Source: Octopus bimaculoides (taxonomy: Eukaryota). From it: DNA of 64,000 nucleotides. The stretch lies in NCBI RefSeq assembly GCF_001194135.2, contig NC_068985.1:123743486-123807485 (forward strand), given 5' to 3'. The notes beneath the pieces are model-generated. The model was not told the DNA's origin and did no database searches. It saw only the letters and a list, made by a program, of their open reading frames with translations. Each line of letters starts with the position of its first letter. The first letter of the stretch is position 1. Made by a program: the position numbers and the translations under genes. This document shows, piece after piece, positions 12,356 to 26,559 of this stretch.

Positions 12356-14799
12356 TGGCACAACTATGTTTGTGCCCATTATTTACAATAAACTGCAAGA
12401 GGAAATGTAGAGACAATATTACAGCAGTATCACATCTTGTTACGGTATTGTTGTACCAATGTTGTTGGCAATATTTGTAGGGAAGGGTGTACAGATGCTC
12501 TAGATATTTAATTTTTGATTTCTTTGGTTGGAATTGATTTTTGTTTCCCACCTTTTGAAGGTGTCCCATCTCACAAAATTTGAATATGTGTTTGAACAAA
12601 ACAACATCGATGTTGCACTAGAACGATGTTGCAATGATGTTGCCGCACATTGATTACTAATTTTCTGGACAGAATGAAAACACATAAATCAATTTTCGAG
12701 TAAAAGGGAAGTTAGATGATTCACAAAAGGTAGTGTCAGTGATATAATCTCACGAATGTCCAATCATGAAGCTTCTACATTTGTATATTCGACCAAGGTG
12801 ATTCTTTTCTCTCTTAATACATTTCTAATAACATTATTAAACCTTCGTAATACGTTGAGGTTGAATCTCAGATAACTACGGTCGGAAATTAAACCTAGAT
12901 TTCCGCTAGGAAACGATGCTGTCACATTAGTAGATCGAATGGAAAAACATTACAGTTACTATATGATGCGACAATTGTCTTGAGTGTTCGAAAAGAAACC
13001 ACACTAATCTCCCCTAATATTATAACTAGAAATCAAAACTTCCAGTGGTGATCTGTGTGAGCAAGGTACAGTATCGTTACGGTAAAACTAAGATATGTTA
13101 GTTTACTGAAGTTTACTGACTTCTTGAAACAGTGATTCGAGTGGTGTATGATAAGTTACTTGAAAGAATTCTAATTTAGGCCAACATTGTAATCGGAACA
13201 GATGTGTCTCATAAGAGAAGGTTCAATGCGCTTTAACATCCTGCACCCACTTACACACACACGCGCGCGTGCCCACCCGCATGCACGCATAAAACGGAGC
13301 TTTCTCCACTGAATGTATGTGTATTTATGTGTGTGTGTGTGTGTGATGCTAAGAGCGTTTTACTCCTTGAAGTCACAAAGATGCCATCGTAACATATTGC
13401 GTCTTGGGCATATTTAGACCCGGTGAGGCTCACTCCTCTCCGGTTCTAACCACAGTCAATGTCTTTTAGATGGCGAGAAAGAGTCAGACAGAAAGAAAGA
13501 GATACAGTATGAGTGAAATTTAACCCAGTACAGAATCAGGGCTTTATTTATTGGTCCTGAAAGGATAAAAGACAATGTTGGCTACTCAGATGCACACAGC
13601 CTAAACAATCACCACATAACAATGTGTCTTAGGCTCTCATGATCCATGACTCTGCCAATGAACAACACACACAACACACTCACTCACTCACTCACTCACT
13701 CACTCACTCTCTCTCTCTCTCTCTCTCTCTCCCTCTCTCTCCCTCTCACAAACATACACACACATCATGCAAACTTGTGGTGTTATACCCTCGTTGCAAA
13801 TATATCATCCGCTTGTATTAAGGAGGTTGTTTCGTCAATCATTCGTGTAATTTACGTGTGTAAAACTGCTAGTAATAGCTATGAACTTATAAACTCTGCA
13901 TAACGTTTAATGTGGATTCATAACGATAGATATAGTTTGTAACTTAAATCTGCATTATTCAAAGTTTCATAGATGTAAAATCATATATTTTCGTTCAAAT
14001 GCTACCGATTTAAGCCTTAGATTGAAAGCATCAGCAAGATCAGACGTGCTTTCACGCCTGTGAATCTTTCACTAAGTCACAAAATGCAAATACAAATATC
14101 TGACCTCCACAACAGATGCTGAATGCACTTTTCTTATGTGTATATTCTTACACACACACATACACACACATACGCGCACATATAGAAAGTGAACTGTCAG
14201 AGTAGTTTGAGCATTGGATAGAATCTCTCGTGGCTATTCCAACGTTCTGTACTTTAAATTGAATTCCCATTACGGTCAAATTTGCTTTCATCCTTTCGGA
14301 ATCGATAATAAGGTATCAACTGTGAGAGGTTGATTGATAGAGCTATTAGAATGTTGGGTATAATTTCTTGCGGAAACAGCTATTCTGACAAAAATATCTA
14401 CTATGAGACTGCAGGAAAATTGTATTGGCTCAAGTCAGTGACCTTTTCCTTCGATAAACATCTCTAGTGTGGAGAGGAGAGCATTGCATTCACAGATGCA
14501 TTTCTGTGCAGATGCATGGTCAATCTTGGCCAACGGAGGCGCTAGGATATAGGTACATCATGCAACCATTCATCCATACATACAAACATGCACTACTAAG
14601 ATAGCGTACTTCAACAAAAATGTTCTACGTGTATGTCTTTCATAAACTTGTGTATGGTACTAATTCAACATGAAATGTAGCTTCTTTTGCACTTGTAACT
14701 GCTTTATCTCTTCACGTTTCAATTGTTATGCTTTTGTAATCGAAAGTAGGAAATAACTACAAAATACCTAATGAACAAAGTAGTCAATGGAGTCCTTAA

Positions 14800-15200
14800 A
14801 CTTCTGAGATGTAATCGAAATGGTTATTTATGTCAGTTTTGAGTGGAAAATATTACAAATGTGAACAGTAGTTGTTCCAAAATGTTATCAAAGTATTTCT
14901 ATGATGTTATCGCTAAAACAACATACAATGCAAGACTGCTCTATGGAAAATGTAAAGAATTCCGTTGTTATTGAACACATATGTACCAAGATATTGAATA
15001 AAGGTGGAACATTCATATCAAAACTTCTGCTAGATTTTACCTTATCAGGCCTGATATAGTTATGCAGAACAGAAAAGAAAAGAAAATATGTTCAGTTATA
15101 GAGGTCAGTTGATTTACAGGTGTGAACATTTCTTTAAAATATGAGCGACAGAGAGAATATTTACGAACTGCTTCGAACCTTACAGCTTTTCTACCAATAT
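14800..15200 (+). pseudogene. Relic of the RLE endonuclease region of an R4/R2-group non-LTR retrotransposon
   Basis: Translation WNIHIKTSARFYLIRPDIVMQNRKEKKICSVIEVS*, homologous to the intact piece at 39806-40054. Confidence 0.6.
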
Positions 15201-15899
15201 TATAAATTTACATTTGTACTGAAAAGGATTGGTGCACTCAGCTATGTAAATGCCAAACTCTAAGTGTCACTCTCAAAAGAGCAAGGACTTTCAGACAAAG
15301 AAAGCAACTTGATACATTCACTGTGTACTTATACTCTGTAGGTGAAACAGTAAAAATATGCATAAACTTTTCTAGTTCGCTACGTGATGCTTATCCTTTT
15401 AGTATCAAGCCATCAAATAAGAAATGTCATGCTTCTTAATCGTATTTGAAATTGGTAGCAAATTAATAACAATCAACTGACATATTTTATAATTCATTTG
15501 TTGTTCCATCTTTTAAAATGTCAAGTAAATCATTATGCTTAATTTGCTTAAGTTTCTGAATTGTTACAGAAGGAGCATGAGAGAAATACGGAGAAATTAA
15601 GTTAATTTTTCTCTCAAACCAGCTCTTCAGTTTTGTTTAGAATATGGAAAAGGAGCGTTGTCTTTGATAGCAAAGGAGGGTATGTTTCTTTTTGCTTCTA
15701 ACATACGAGTTTCACAATTGCTCCAGCAGATGAAACAATGAGAAAGTCTCAATATAAGTCTCTCCACCCGCTAAAAATATTAGCCAATCTCTCTTAGATG
15801 TTACTGAATCATTTTAAGTAAATAATGGTTATAGTGGATAAAGTAGACCTATATATGATACATGGAATGATCACGGCTAGAACTCATTCCATTATTGAT

Positions 15900-16200
15900 C
15901 TGCTCGCTCAGAGTTGATCAACAATGTCAACGACTTCAGTTTGCCGTATATGCGGAAATTGTAACATTTCAAACTGTTTTCGTTTACTAATTTGAGTGGG
16001 GAAAGCAGTACCTATAGGCTTTTAGACCTCACAAGAGTTCGAAATTGTGGAAATTTGGCGGCGTTGATGCAAGTTAGACTCATGTTCGATTTCCAAAATC
16101 TTGGTGATTGGTCGGAAAACTTGGACATATATAGGATTACAATATAGCAGTGAAACAAAGGTACCATTCATTAGAAGTTAAGTATAATCTATTCGGGATG
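15900..16200 (-). pseudogene. Relic of hAT transposase C-terminal dimerisation domain
   Basis: RFWKSNMSLTCINAAKFPQFRTLV, frameshift, then LKAYRYCFPHSN**TKTV*...SR*...STLS. This fits the FW..FPxL..L.LPHSNA.ER.FS...RL..STL pattern. Confidence 0.45.
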
Positions 16201-16676
16201 AATATTTGGTTTTGACTCTGATCCAGCTAGTTTCCTTTCGTGACACTAAGGACATCAGTTAAAATATGCGACACAGTCGTACAGCATAAGGGCCATTTTC
16301 TTCAACATGCAAAATAATATTTAGTTGAGACATTTGACTCCTTTCAGCTAAAAATCTTCTAATATTCTTGCATTATAGAATAAATAAACTCTGCCTTTTA
16401 CTAGATGTCTGGAAACCTAGGAAGAGTTGAACAGCAAAAGGTCATCAGGGAAGAAGCATTTTTCCCCTTTTGCAAATGTGAATGAGTAAAGGGCCGAAAT
16501 ACTTGCATGAACGTATTTTCATTAAGTATCTTCTGCTGTTCTGTTCTCCCTAGAGTTCCTTGCTACCTACTTACAAGATATGAAAAATCATTTATCATCA
16601 GAGAACGAGAAGGAGAGAGAGAGAGAGGGGGGGTAAAGACAGAGAGAGGGATAGAGAGTGTGTGCGTGTGTATATA

Positions 16677-16739
<63 letters not shown>

Positions 16740-17096
16740 GACAGAGACAGATTTAGCAGATGACCGAGTGAACTAGGTAGCAAGATGGCAATGTGAATAT
16801 GTTACCAAGATACTTTACAGGTGATTCCACTTAGCCTGTATGTAGATACTGCAATGTGATAGAATTCAGTTCTGCGAGTACTGGCAATTGAGAAATTGCT
16901 GCACTGAGAACAATTCTCTGTTTAGCAAATGAGTCATTTATTCCAAAGAAGGCTTAGAAGAGCAATCTTTTCTTATAAAAATTCAGCACACTGCATGTAT
17001 CAATGTGCTATTTTCGTTTCGGCTAGTGCTCCACAAAGCAATCGAAGGACGGAAGGGTATGAATCTACGTGGAACTGACAAAGAAATCCGAAGTAC

Positions 17097-17142
<46 letters not shown>

Positions 17143-17149
17143 TTTTCTG

Positions 17150-17540
17150 TTTCTAATTTAGGCAAAAGCTGAGCAGTTTTTAGGGAAAAGGTTTAGTCGA
17201 GTCCACTGACCTCATTATTTGACTAGTTCTTAATTTCATCGTCCCGAAAAGATGAAAGTCAAAGTTGACCTCAGCAGGATTTGAACTCGTGATATAGGGT
17301 GTCGTAATTAAATATCGCGAGAAATTTCGTTTGACTCTCAAGACTCTGCCAACCTCCGTCCTAAATAACGATTTCTTATAAAAGATACAAGGTGGGAATT
17401 TGCGGAGTCGGGGTGGATTATACTCGAGTAAATCGACTCCAGTGTTTGACTGACACTTATTGAAAGCGAAGTTGATACCTATAGAATTTGAATTCAAAAC
17501 ACACAAAAGGACGCCAGCCAGACACTGCAATGTATTCATT
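17150..17540 (-). mobile_element. Two tandem SINE A copies
   Basis: gatgaaagtcaaagttgacctc..atttgaactc motif repeated; (AAT)n at 17098-17140 lies on the tail side. Confidence 0.7.
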
Positions 17541-18069
17541 TGTATATAAGACACACGCACTGACATAACACAGTAAAATTTTCCGAAATATTTTAACTTT
17601 TATTTCTGCAAAAGAACCAGTACCAGCGTCACTAACAAACTATTTCGTTATATTTCTAACAGAGACGCACAGACATAGAAACATGCAATATATATACATA
17701 CATACATACATACGTGTGTGTGTGTGTGTGTGTGTATTTATGTATGCATGTATGTATGCGTACATACACATACATATATATATACATACACATACGCATC
17801 GTAGTAGCAATAGTAGTAATAAGAATAACAACAGTACAACATCAACAATAAAAAACATTCTTTTGAGACAACACGTTGCGTGTATGTGAATGGGTAAAGA
17901 GGTGGTGGTGATGGTGGTGGTGGTGGAGGAAACTGATTCACTAAATAACACACGATAGTACATGTGTTTCGTATCGATCGAATTCTGTGTTTTTCTGAAG
18001 CTTTGGATTTCCCCAGTTAGCTAGGTAGCTCCCGTGCTCTGATTGGTTACTTCGTATTGGAAAACTCAC

Positions 18070-18121
18070 CGGGAAATACTTCCATATATGGTGCAGGCAA
18101 AAGGAATCTCGATCAAATTTG
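18070..18121 (-). other. Candidate 52-nt exon
   Basis: Acceptor tattatttcag and donor CCG|GTGAGT; two frames are open (KFDRDSFCLHHIWKYFP or NLIEIPFACTIYGSIS). Confidence 0.2.
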
Positions 18122-18376
18122 CTGAAATAATAGAATATTCTCTTCGTAAAATGAATGACGTGGTAACTCGACATAAATAAAGTGTCTACGGGGAGTTCTG
18201 GGTATTTGCCACCGCGTGCATGCATCTGTGTATGTGTGTTTGTATGTATGTACTAAACATAGCTATGTATACACATAATATATATATTCAGAGATGCAAC
18301 GTCGCAGAAATATATTTTAGGTGTATATAATGAATGCATTTAGGACAGCATCGCTATGTGCATAGAATCAAAGTGG

Positions 18377-18418
<42 letters not shown>

Positions 18419-18444
18419 ACAAACACTAATACATTTGCATGCGC

Positions 18445-18480
<36 letters not shown>

Positions 18481-19517
18481 ATGTGTGGAGGTAGATAGAT
18501 AGATAGATAGATAGACATAGATATAGATAGATAGATACACATATATATATATGTATGCATATTATATGAACATGAACACACCCATATTACACACACACAC
18601 ACACATAACGTTGGGCTTTCCTCTCTCACCACTCTATACCTGTTCTAAGAAATAGCTATCCCTCCCTAGTTGTGGTGCATTTATTAATGTTACTTATTGT
18701 TATTTAACCTGAGGTAACCCCCACCCCTTTGTGCAGCAGCTGTAGCCAATTTGTTTTGTTTTTGTTTTTGGACGAATGCAAAGTGGTCTTCCATTTTTAC
18801 GACCGTAGATTATGTCTAGTGGGAGATTTGGCTGCTATTTCCTGCAGGTCGAGTGACCTCTAATTGGCCTCTCTGTATGTTAATAATGCAGAAGGATTTT
18901 CAAATGAAAACTCCCGATGTTTCCATAGTTGCTTTGGTTTAAAGTTTGTGCATCAGAAAATTGCCTATTATGGTATAATGTGATGATGCTATTGTTACTG
19001 CAGATATTAAGCGTGGTTTATGTGGTTGTTACTGATAAAAATGAGGAATATGATGATGAAGATGATAATGAAAGTATAGACTATCGTTATTGTTACTGCT
19101 ATGGCCAGTCTTGGTAGAGTACATTTACGATTAATGGCATTCCATCCACGGCCACCCCGTCTTTTCTTCTGACATGGCATACTCCGAAATTAAATTATGT
19201 AGAGTGTACCCACTACCTTATTTTAAGATGATAGGGCAGGCGTTGAGAGATATATGGCTGTTATCTTTAGCAAGTAGGGTGACTACATACAAGCATCGTC
19301 AGATGTTGCCTCTTATAATAATGTTGATGGTTTGGAATAATAATAGTTTTCTTAAAGAAATTTGCAACAGAGTAGCAGAAAAGATGCTACTATATATGGC
19401 TTGTGACATGGGTTTACGAATTGGGTGGCTTAATAAGTATGCATTTAGGGTCAGCTAAAAAAATACCTCATAAACTTAATTTCTGAACTGACCCTGAATG
19501 TAGACTTATATTTAAGC

Positions 19518-19548
<31 letters not shown>

Positions 19549-21509
19549 TGAATTCATGTGCGTGTGTATGTACCTATGTATGTAAGTATGTATGTGTGTC
19601 TGTGTGCGTGCGTGTGCGTGGAGGAGGTGTACATATATGTGTGCAAAAATATGTGTTAGTGTATACACGTTATATAGATCTCTAATTTATTTGCTTGGTT
19701 GTATGCACAGCTGTAAGATATAAAGAAAGCACCTTTACACAAAAGTAAAAACACAGGCTTATACTTATATGGAAACGAGTGTTGATAAACTGTATATTGT
19801 GTATACGAGTTTGTATTATATATGTATGTGTGAGTGTGTATGCACCCTCAAAAATTTTCTGCACACAAACACCACTACCCAACAAACTTGCATTAGATAT
19901 ATATTATATATAGTGTGTGAGTGTATATGTGTATATTGCATTTATTTCAAGCTTCCAATAAATATGACAAATCCCTGTATTTTGTCTTGCGTTCTCCCTT
20001 TTCTCCTCTTTCATAAGACATGTCACTGTAACACAATGTCCCCTACACATTTCTCCATTATATTATCATCCTGGTTAAACAGTTGTAACTGACCCAAGAG
20101 GATTGTAGGAGTCTGGTAATAATTGGACATCGCGTCAGAATTCTCGGGAGATACTGCAGGTTGCTTCAGAGTCTGCAGTCTCTCAAAGAGATGGATTCAG
20201 CAGTTACGTAATCCATTAACATATGAATTACTACATCGACATTGTTCCACGCCGCAGTGGAGAAGTCATGTCTTTGGTTTCTATATTTCAAAATAAAATG
20301 GGCCACAGGAGTGAAATTTATCGTGTCCCTGGACTATAAAATGTGCAAATGTTGTGTATAATGACATTTTTAAACTACGGCTTTGGTAAGATAACATCTC
20401 TTCATCGGAAAATGGGTTTAATCTCAGCTATTATAAATGGGTTGCTGAGGCAGGGACTGTGCAGATATAGACATTTGATTGTGGTATGTAACGCTGGAAG
20501 TCGTTTGTCTATGCAAGTATAACTAAACTTTACACTATGTGAGTTGAAGAGTTTGTGGCATTTGTGTATGTTGCAAGAAAGTGGTGTTAGTGTCCTTGAA
20601 AAACTAGAAAGTTTCAAGTGATGTGTCAATTAGGGGGTTTAAACCGGATTAGTTTCCATTTCCTAATTCTCGTCTGGGTGGTTTACAGTTTTCCTTATAC
20701 ACTAACTTAAACACTAACTCATTAAAACTACTCCTGGTTAAGGCTTCCTTAGAGTAGAGGGCTGCCCTGTCAAAAATTTCTCAATTAAACGATAAGCTGC
20801 AGACACTTTATTTACCTGACTGTAGATTCCTACATTTAATGTTACAAAATACATTCGCTCATAGTTATGCGCCCGCGCGCAAGCATTATAGGTCCAGACA
20901 GATATTGCATACTATTTTTACTACAGACACTCTCTTCATAAGCAATCGACTGAAGATGACAACTATTATGGTAGCTTTTGATGCTATCGCTCCCCGCAGT
21001 GATGCTGAGCTTCATTGATGTTGTCAGTGAATGGTCGAGTTCTTTTCGATCTGTACACCGTAGCACGCTTCCTCTCACTGTTTTCTAAGCAGCCACTACA
21101 AACCACATGCAGCTGCAACCACTATAAACTTGTTGCATCTACTTTGTTTTACACCTCACCAATGATATGTAATTTACTTACACCTTTGTCTTTCTCTCTC
21201 ATGCCTTTGCCATATCCATAAGGAAGCATGTTTTGCTACCCACTCCAAACCACCTCTCACTAATCTGCTATCCTTCTAAATCCAATGCCAGCCAGGCAAG
21301 AGATCACGGATTTAGGTAAAACCTATGCCATTCCTCTATACACACAGTGCACTTCTATTGGATTACCATCATATGTTTTACATGTTTCCTAAGTCTTATT
21401 TTACCCCCTTCCCTTTACATGCACACTTTATATTGCCTTATAAAAAGTCTGTATATTTTCGTTAAACGAAGCTTATGCTTTGATGTTATAATGTCAGAGT
21501 GTTGGTTCT

Positions 21510-21970
21510 TCGTTGCAGAAACGTTAGCACGCCGGGCGAAATGCTTAACGGTATTTCGTTTGTCTTTACGTTCTGAGTTCAAATTCCACCGAGGTCGACT
21601 TTGCCTTTCATCCTTTCGGGGTCGATAAATTAAGTAGCAGTTGCATACTGGGATGGATATAATCGACTGGCCCCCTCCCGCAAAATTTCGGGCCCTGTGC
21701 CTAGAGTAGAAAAGAATATGACTTAAGAACGTAAGGTGGCGAGCTGGCAGAATTGTTAGCACAGCAGGTAAAATGCTTAGCGACATTTTGTGCGTCCTTA
21801 CGGCCTGAGCTCCGCCGAGGTCGATTTGCTTTTCGTCTTTTCTGGAGTTGATAAAATAAGCATCAGTTGAAAACAGGTGATAAAATAAGTATCAGTTGAA
21901 AACAGGGGTCAAAATAATCGATTTATCTCCTCAACACAAATTACTAACCTAGTGCCAAAATTAGAAACCA
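21510..21970 (+). mobile_element. SINE A dimer: a near-consensus copy (21510-21718) and a copy with an internal 29-bp duplication
   Basis: Full motif set from gcagaaacgttagcacgccgggcgaaatgc to ctagagtagaaaagaat; gataaaataag.atcagttgaaaacagg occurs twice at 21850-21907. Confidence 0.9.
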
Positions 21971-22415
21971 ATATAATTTAAGAACTCGTGTGCATGTCTC
22001 AAATCCATATCGCCGTTTTGCTCTGTCTTACTCTTACCGTGGAAAACGATTGGAATTGGATACAACTCTTGTTCATTCTTATTCTACTGGCAATGTTGCA
22101 TTTAATGCATAAGCAAGAATACGAAAGATTTGGTTATGTCACCAGGCGCACTCTGCAAGAAGTGACTTCTATGCTAGCAGAATATGTTCAACGAAGTTTA
22201 TCTTGTAACTTATATATTCATATACATTAACATCTAAGACATCACCGTGATATTTCGTATCTCCACTGTCCCTCATTCTATTCATATATGTATATGTATG
22301 TATGTATGTATGTATGTGAGTGTGAGTGTGTGTGTGTGTGTGTGTTATCACAATCGTATGTATGCATGTGCGAGTGTGAATATTCACGGAGAAAGTGCGT
22401 GAGAGGAAGGGGAGA

Positions 22416-22464
<49 letters not shown>

Positions 22465-24019
22465 AAGTGATAGAGAGAGAGAGAGTGATAGAGAAAGAGT
22501 GTGAGTGAGTAAGGGACAATCATTGATACTATATTTGAATTGCGTTTAGCTTTGAGTTGAATGTATAATAGATAAAATTCAGATAAAAATAGGTAGCGAA
22601 AAAAATAGCTGGGAAGTGAAATATATTCTTTGAAGAAAACTGAATATAGGTCGTTCTATTAACTGCATAGAGACACTATGAATAAGCTTACTACATGTGT
22701 TTATGTGTGTGTCTCTGTTAGTGTGCATGCATACGCGCACGCACACACACACACGCACACACACACACATACACACACACACACACACACTCACACGCAT
22801 ACGCGCATACACGAACATAAACACAAAGAGATTTATAACATACACAGCTATGATAGCTACGCCTGAAACACTGAAAAAAAAATCCAAGACTTGCAGAATA
22901 TANNNNNNNNNNATACACAGCTATGATAGCTACGCCTGAAACACTGAAAAAAAAATCCAAGACTTGCAGAATATACATACATACATGCATACATACATTC
23001 ATACATACATACATACATACATACATACATACATACACACACATACACACACACACATATATACACACACATACATAATACACTCACATACACATATACA
23101 TGTATATATATACATGGACCTACGTTTACACATACAAGATCACATAACATACACATATATATTTCCACTGTAGCACAATTACCTATATATATATATGTAT
23201 ATATATATGTATGTGTGTGTGTGTGTGTTCCCTAGAACTCTATGCAATACATTATATAAATAATTGCTTCATATTTTCTTGTTTTTAAATATTTATTTTA
23301 CTTTTCATCTTTCCTATTCTTCTTTTGACTCAGTGCAACAACGTGAAGAATGCAACATTTCCTACAAATCGATTGTTTTACAGTAGTTAATGAGCACTCC
23401 CCTTTTATATACAGCTTCAATATTACAGCGCTATTAGTCCACGATGTTCGTAAACAAGATTCTTATTGGCTGCTGGTCATTATAGAGGAAATACGTATTT
23501 GACATTTTTATCGTCCGTATCGACAGTGAAGCAATTATATATTCAGGAATTCACGTGTTGAGGAAGGAGATTCACTGGTGCCAGGGTTATAGCAGAGCTA
23601 ACAAAACCAAGTGATGGAATTCCTTCACCAACTATATGTATTTCTACTCCACACTATTACCACACTAACCCTGCTAGATGCATTGTGTATGCATGTATAA
23701 GTGTGTGTGTGCGCGCGCGTCTCTGTGGGTGTGCATCTGCGCTGCAAAAGATTAGTTAATCTCGAGTTCGTTTTGACAGCGGGATGTTGGAGCAAGTGTC
23801 ATATTCCATAGCTTTTGCTTTGTGTCGACCCATACATTTTAAGTGGAACTGGCTAGAAGAAAACGCTGTGTGCGTGTGCGTGAGTGCGCGATGTGTGTTT
23901 GTGTATTTGTGTGTGTGCGCGTGCATAAGTATGTGTGTGTATAACATGCATGTATATGCATGTACGTATATATGTGTTATGGATTTATATGCATCTATGC
24001 TTCTTGCATGTATGCATGC

Positions 24020-24096
<77 letters not shown>

Positions 24097-24899
24097 AGGT
24101 GGTGTCCCACCATGGCTGCAATCTAAATATTGAAATAAGTAAAAGATAAAAAATATATGCATGTATGTACATAAATACATACATGCATACATACATACAT
24201 ACATACATACATACATACATACATACATACGTATACACACAAAATGCCCAATCATTTCATTTATTTCTTCATTTTTCTTTCCTGATTTGTCAGTGATATT
24301 TTTCTGTTTTAACCCAGTCACCCGATTCGTATATAATTTATCGACCAACCTTAGTTGGTAGGTTATTATGTAAACTGTTAATAAAAGAAATAAATAACAA
24401 AGATAATATTCAATGACTGCTTGTAATTCTTTGCGCCACCATCGAATTCTTTGATAGTTTAGGAAGAGGAAGTAAGCGTCTGACGAGAAGAAAAAAACGC
24501 ACCAAGACCTTCCATTATACTAATTGCTAAGGACGAATATTCATTTATGAGCAAATGAACCCGGTGTGGAATCCATATCAAGTATTCCTTTTCAGGTTGA
24601 AATCATACGCATGCGCTCTTAGACAGAACGTAATAGGCTGGATGAAATGCCTCCAAGCATTTCGTCCGACGCGCTAAAAATTCCAGCAGCTCGCCTCCTT
24701 GCAGCCGCAAAGGCCCAAAATATTGAAAAGAATATGAAAGGAGTAAATACAACACACACACAATTGGTTTACATCGATCAAATTAAAGTCAGCAAGAAAA
24801 AGAATATAATAAAAACATAGAAATAAAATAAGTAAATAAAATATTCAATGAAATGCCCCCAAATCTGTTTAGAGTAACTTGGGTAGGAGGAAGACTAAT

Positions 24900-25300
24900 C
24901 GTTTCAAAGTTCAGGATATGTCTAACAATTTTAGGGCTGGATGATAGTCCATTGTATTGACTGGTATTTTATTCTGTCCATCGAAAAGGATGAGATGCAA
25001 AGTTGATTAGGGGAGAGTTTGAACTCGGATCCTAAGCAGCCGGAACAAATGACGCTAAGCATTTTGTCCATTGCTCTGACGATTCTGTTAACTAATGATT
25101 CTTTCTACTGTAGGCACAAGGCCTGAAACGTGGGGAAGGGTGCTAGTCGATCACATCTATTCTAGTGCATGGCTCCACTTATTTTATCGACCTCAAAAAG
25201 ATGAAAGGCAAAGTTGACCCCGACGGAATTTCAACTCAGATCGTGAAGACAGACGAAATGGTACTAAGCATTGTGTTCGGTAAGCGAACGTTTCTGCCAG
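24900..25300 (-). mobile_element. Two tandem SINE A copies
   Basis: aaaggatga..caaagttga motifs repeated. Confidence 0.75.
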
Positions 25301-25307
25301 CTTAATG

Positions 25308-25371
<64 letters not shown>

Positions 25372-25379
25372 TAATGATA

Positions 25380-25918
25380 CCAGGCAGTGGCTCTCATGGC
25401 TTCTGATCTTAATTGATTGGAAGTGTTATCATGTACATTGTTTTGTCTTGGTATAAAAAGATGGGCTACAGCAAATATTCTGCTTAATATCACAGATTTG
25501 CTTGTTAGTTGTTTGATCTTAATCAGTTGAGCATGTCCCTTAGTGGCTGGCGATATGTGCACCTCTGATCACGAGCAGAAGTAGTGGGGGAGCATCATAG
25601 TCATGTGTTGAGAGGTAGTCTTTGGAGTTTGAATAATTCACCTTTGGAAACATGAGTGCTTTGCTCAACATCCTTAAACAAACCTTATTCAGGGACCTTT
25701 TGAGCGGGATGGGCTACTCAACCTGAAGAAAATTCTAACTGGGCCCCACCTGCGAGGTCATGCGCTGTTTATCTTGATATGAGATCACCATTTCGCACAC
25801 ATATAGTTGTGATGCATGTGCCTGGTGTACCCTTATCAGACGGGTAGTCATGATGGGTATAATGGGCTTCATATATTTGATCTCAGTATCACTTTGATGG
25901 TATGCACTGCTCTCTCAA
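25380..25918 (-). mobile_element. ~540-bp non-coding interspersed element between (AAT)n tracts, probably a retroelement 3' region
   Basis: High-complexity block flanked by (AAT)n on both sides, read as a (TTA)n tail on the minus strand. No convincing coding motif. Confidence 0.4.
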
Positions 25919-26066
25919 TAAGAATAATAATAATAATAACAACAACAATGATGATGATGATGATGATGATGACGGTGATGATGATGATGATGATGACGAC
26001 GACGACGACGATGACGATGATGATGACGACGACGACGACGATGACGATGACGATGATGACGATGAA
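25919..26066. repeat. Compound AAT/AAC/GAT/GAC microsatellite
   Basis: Direct reading. Confidence 0.95.
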
Positions 26067-26104
26067 GATTTTCTTTTAAATTTACTCGGCAGTAAGCCAG
26101 CACT

Positions 26105-26520
26105 GATGTGAAAATGAATAAGAAATGGTTCAAGTATATTCCAAACTCATCAGACAGCAACAACCTAGGCTCAATAATCTGTGATACGCATCCGTCAAAC
26201 TGACAATGAGATCAAGGCGAACCGTCGAGTGACATCATTTGAAGCCGGAAAACAAACGCATGCACGCTGATTAACATTGCAATCCCTTCTGACAAAAATA
26301 TTGTCCGAAAAGAAGTGGAAAAGCTATCAAAATACAAGCGCCTTGGAATTGATTTATTCAAAATGTGGGGCAAGAGAATGACAAATTACTAATAGTAACT
26401 GGAGTCTAATGTATGCTTAAAATATATAAAAAGAAAGATAGAAGACATACCTGTGCTCACAAAACTACACACTGTCCAAGGCATAGGTCTGCTACGAGCA
26501 GCCACAGATTAAGCAAGATT
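26105..26520 (+). pseudogene. R4/Dong-like LINE RLE-domain relic
   Basis: CTLINIAIPSDKNIVRKEVEKLSKYKRLGIDLFKMWG fits the RLE pattern LID.AIP.D.N...KE.EKL.KY. Confidence 0.7.
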
Positions 26521-26559
26521 CAATAGAATAGCACAAATAGAAGAATTTTTGCACGCAAT

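Noticed and set aside
13369-13416. Possible small plus-strand exon HKDAIVTYCVLGIFRP with a GTGAGG donor
   Set aside because: Too short and unrecognised; expected by chance.
22839-22976. 64-bp direct repeat
   Set aside because: The copies flank a 10-N gap, so this is an unmerged contig overlap.
25302-25562. 86-aa ORF in the 540-bp element
   Set aside because: It runs into a microsatellite and has no domain motif.
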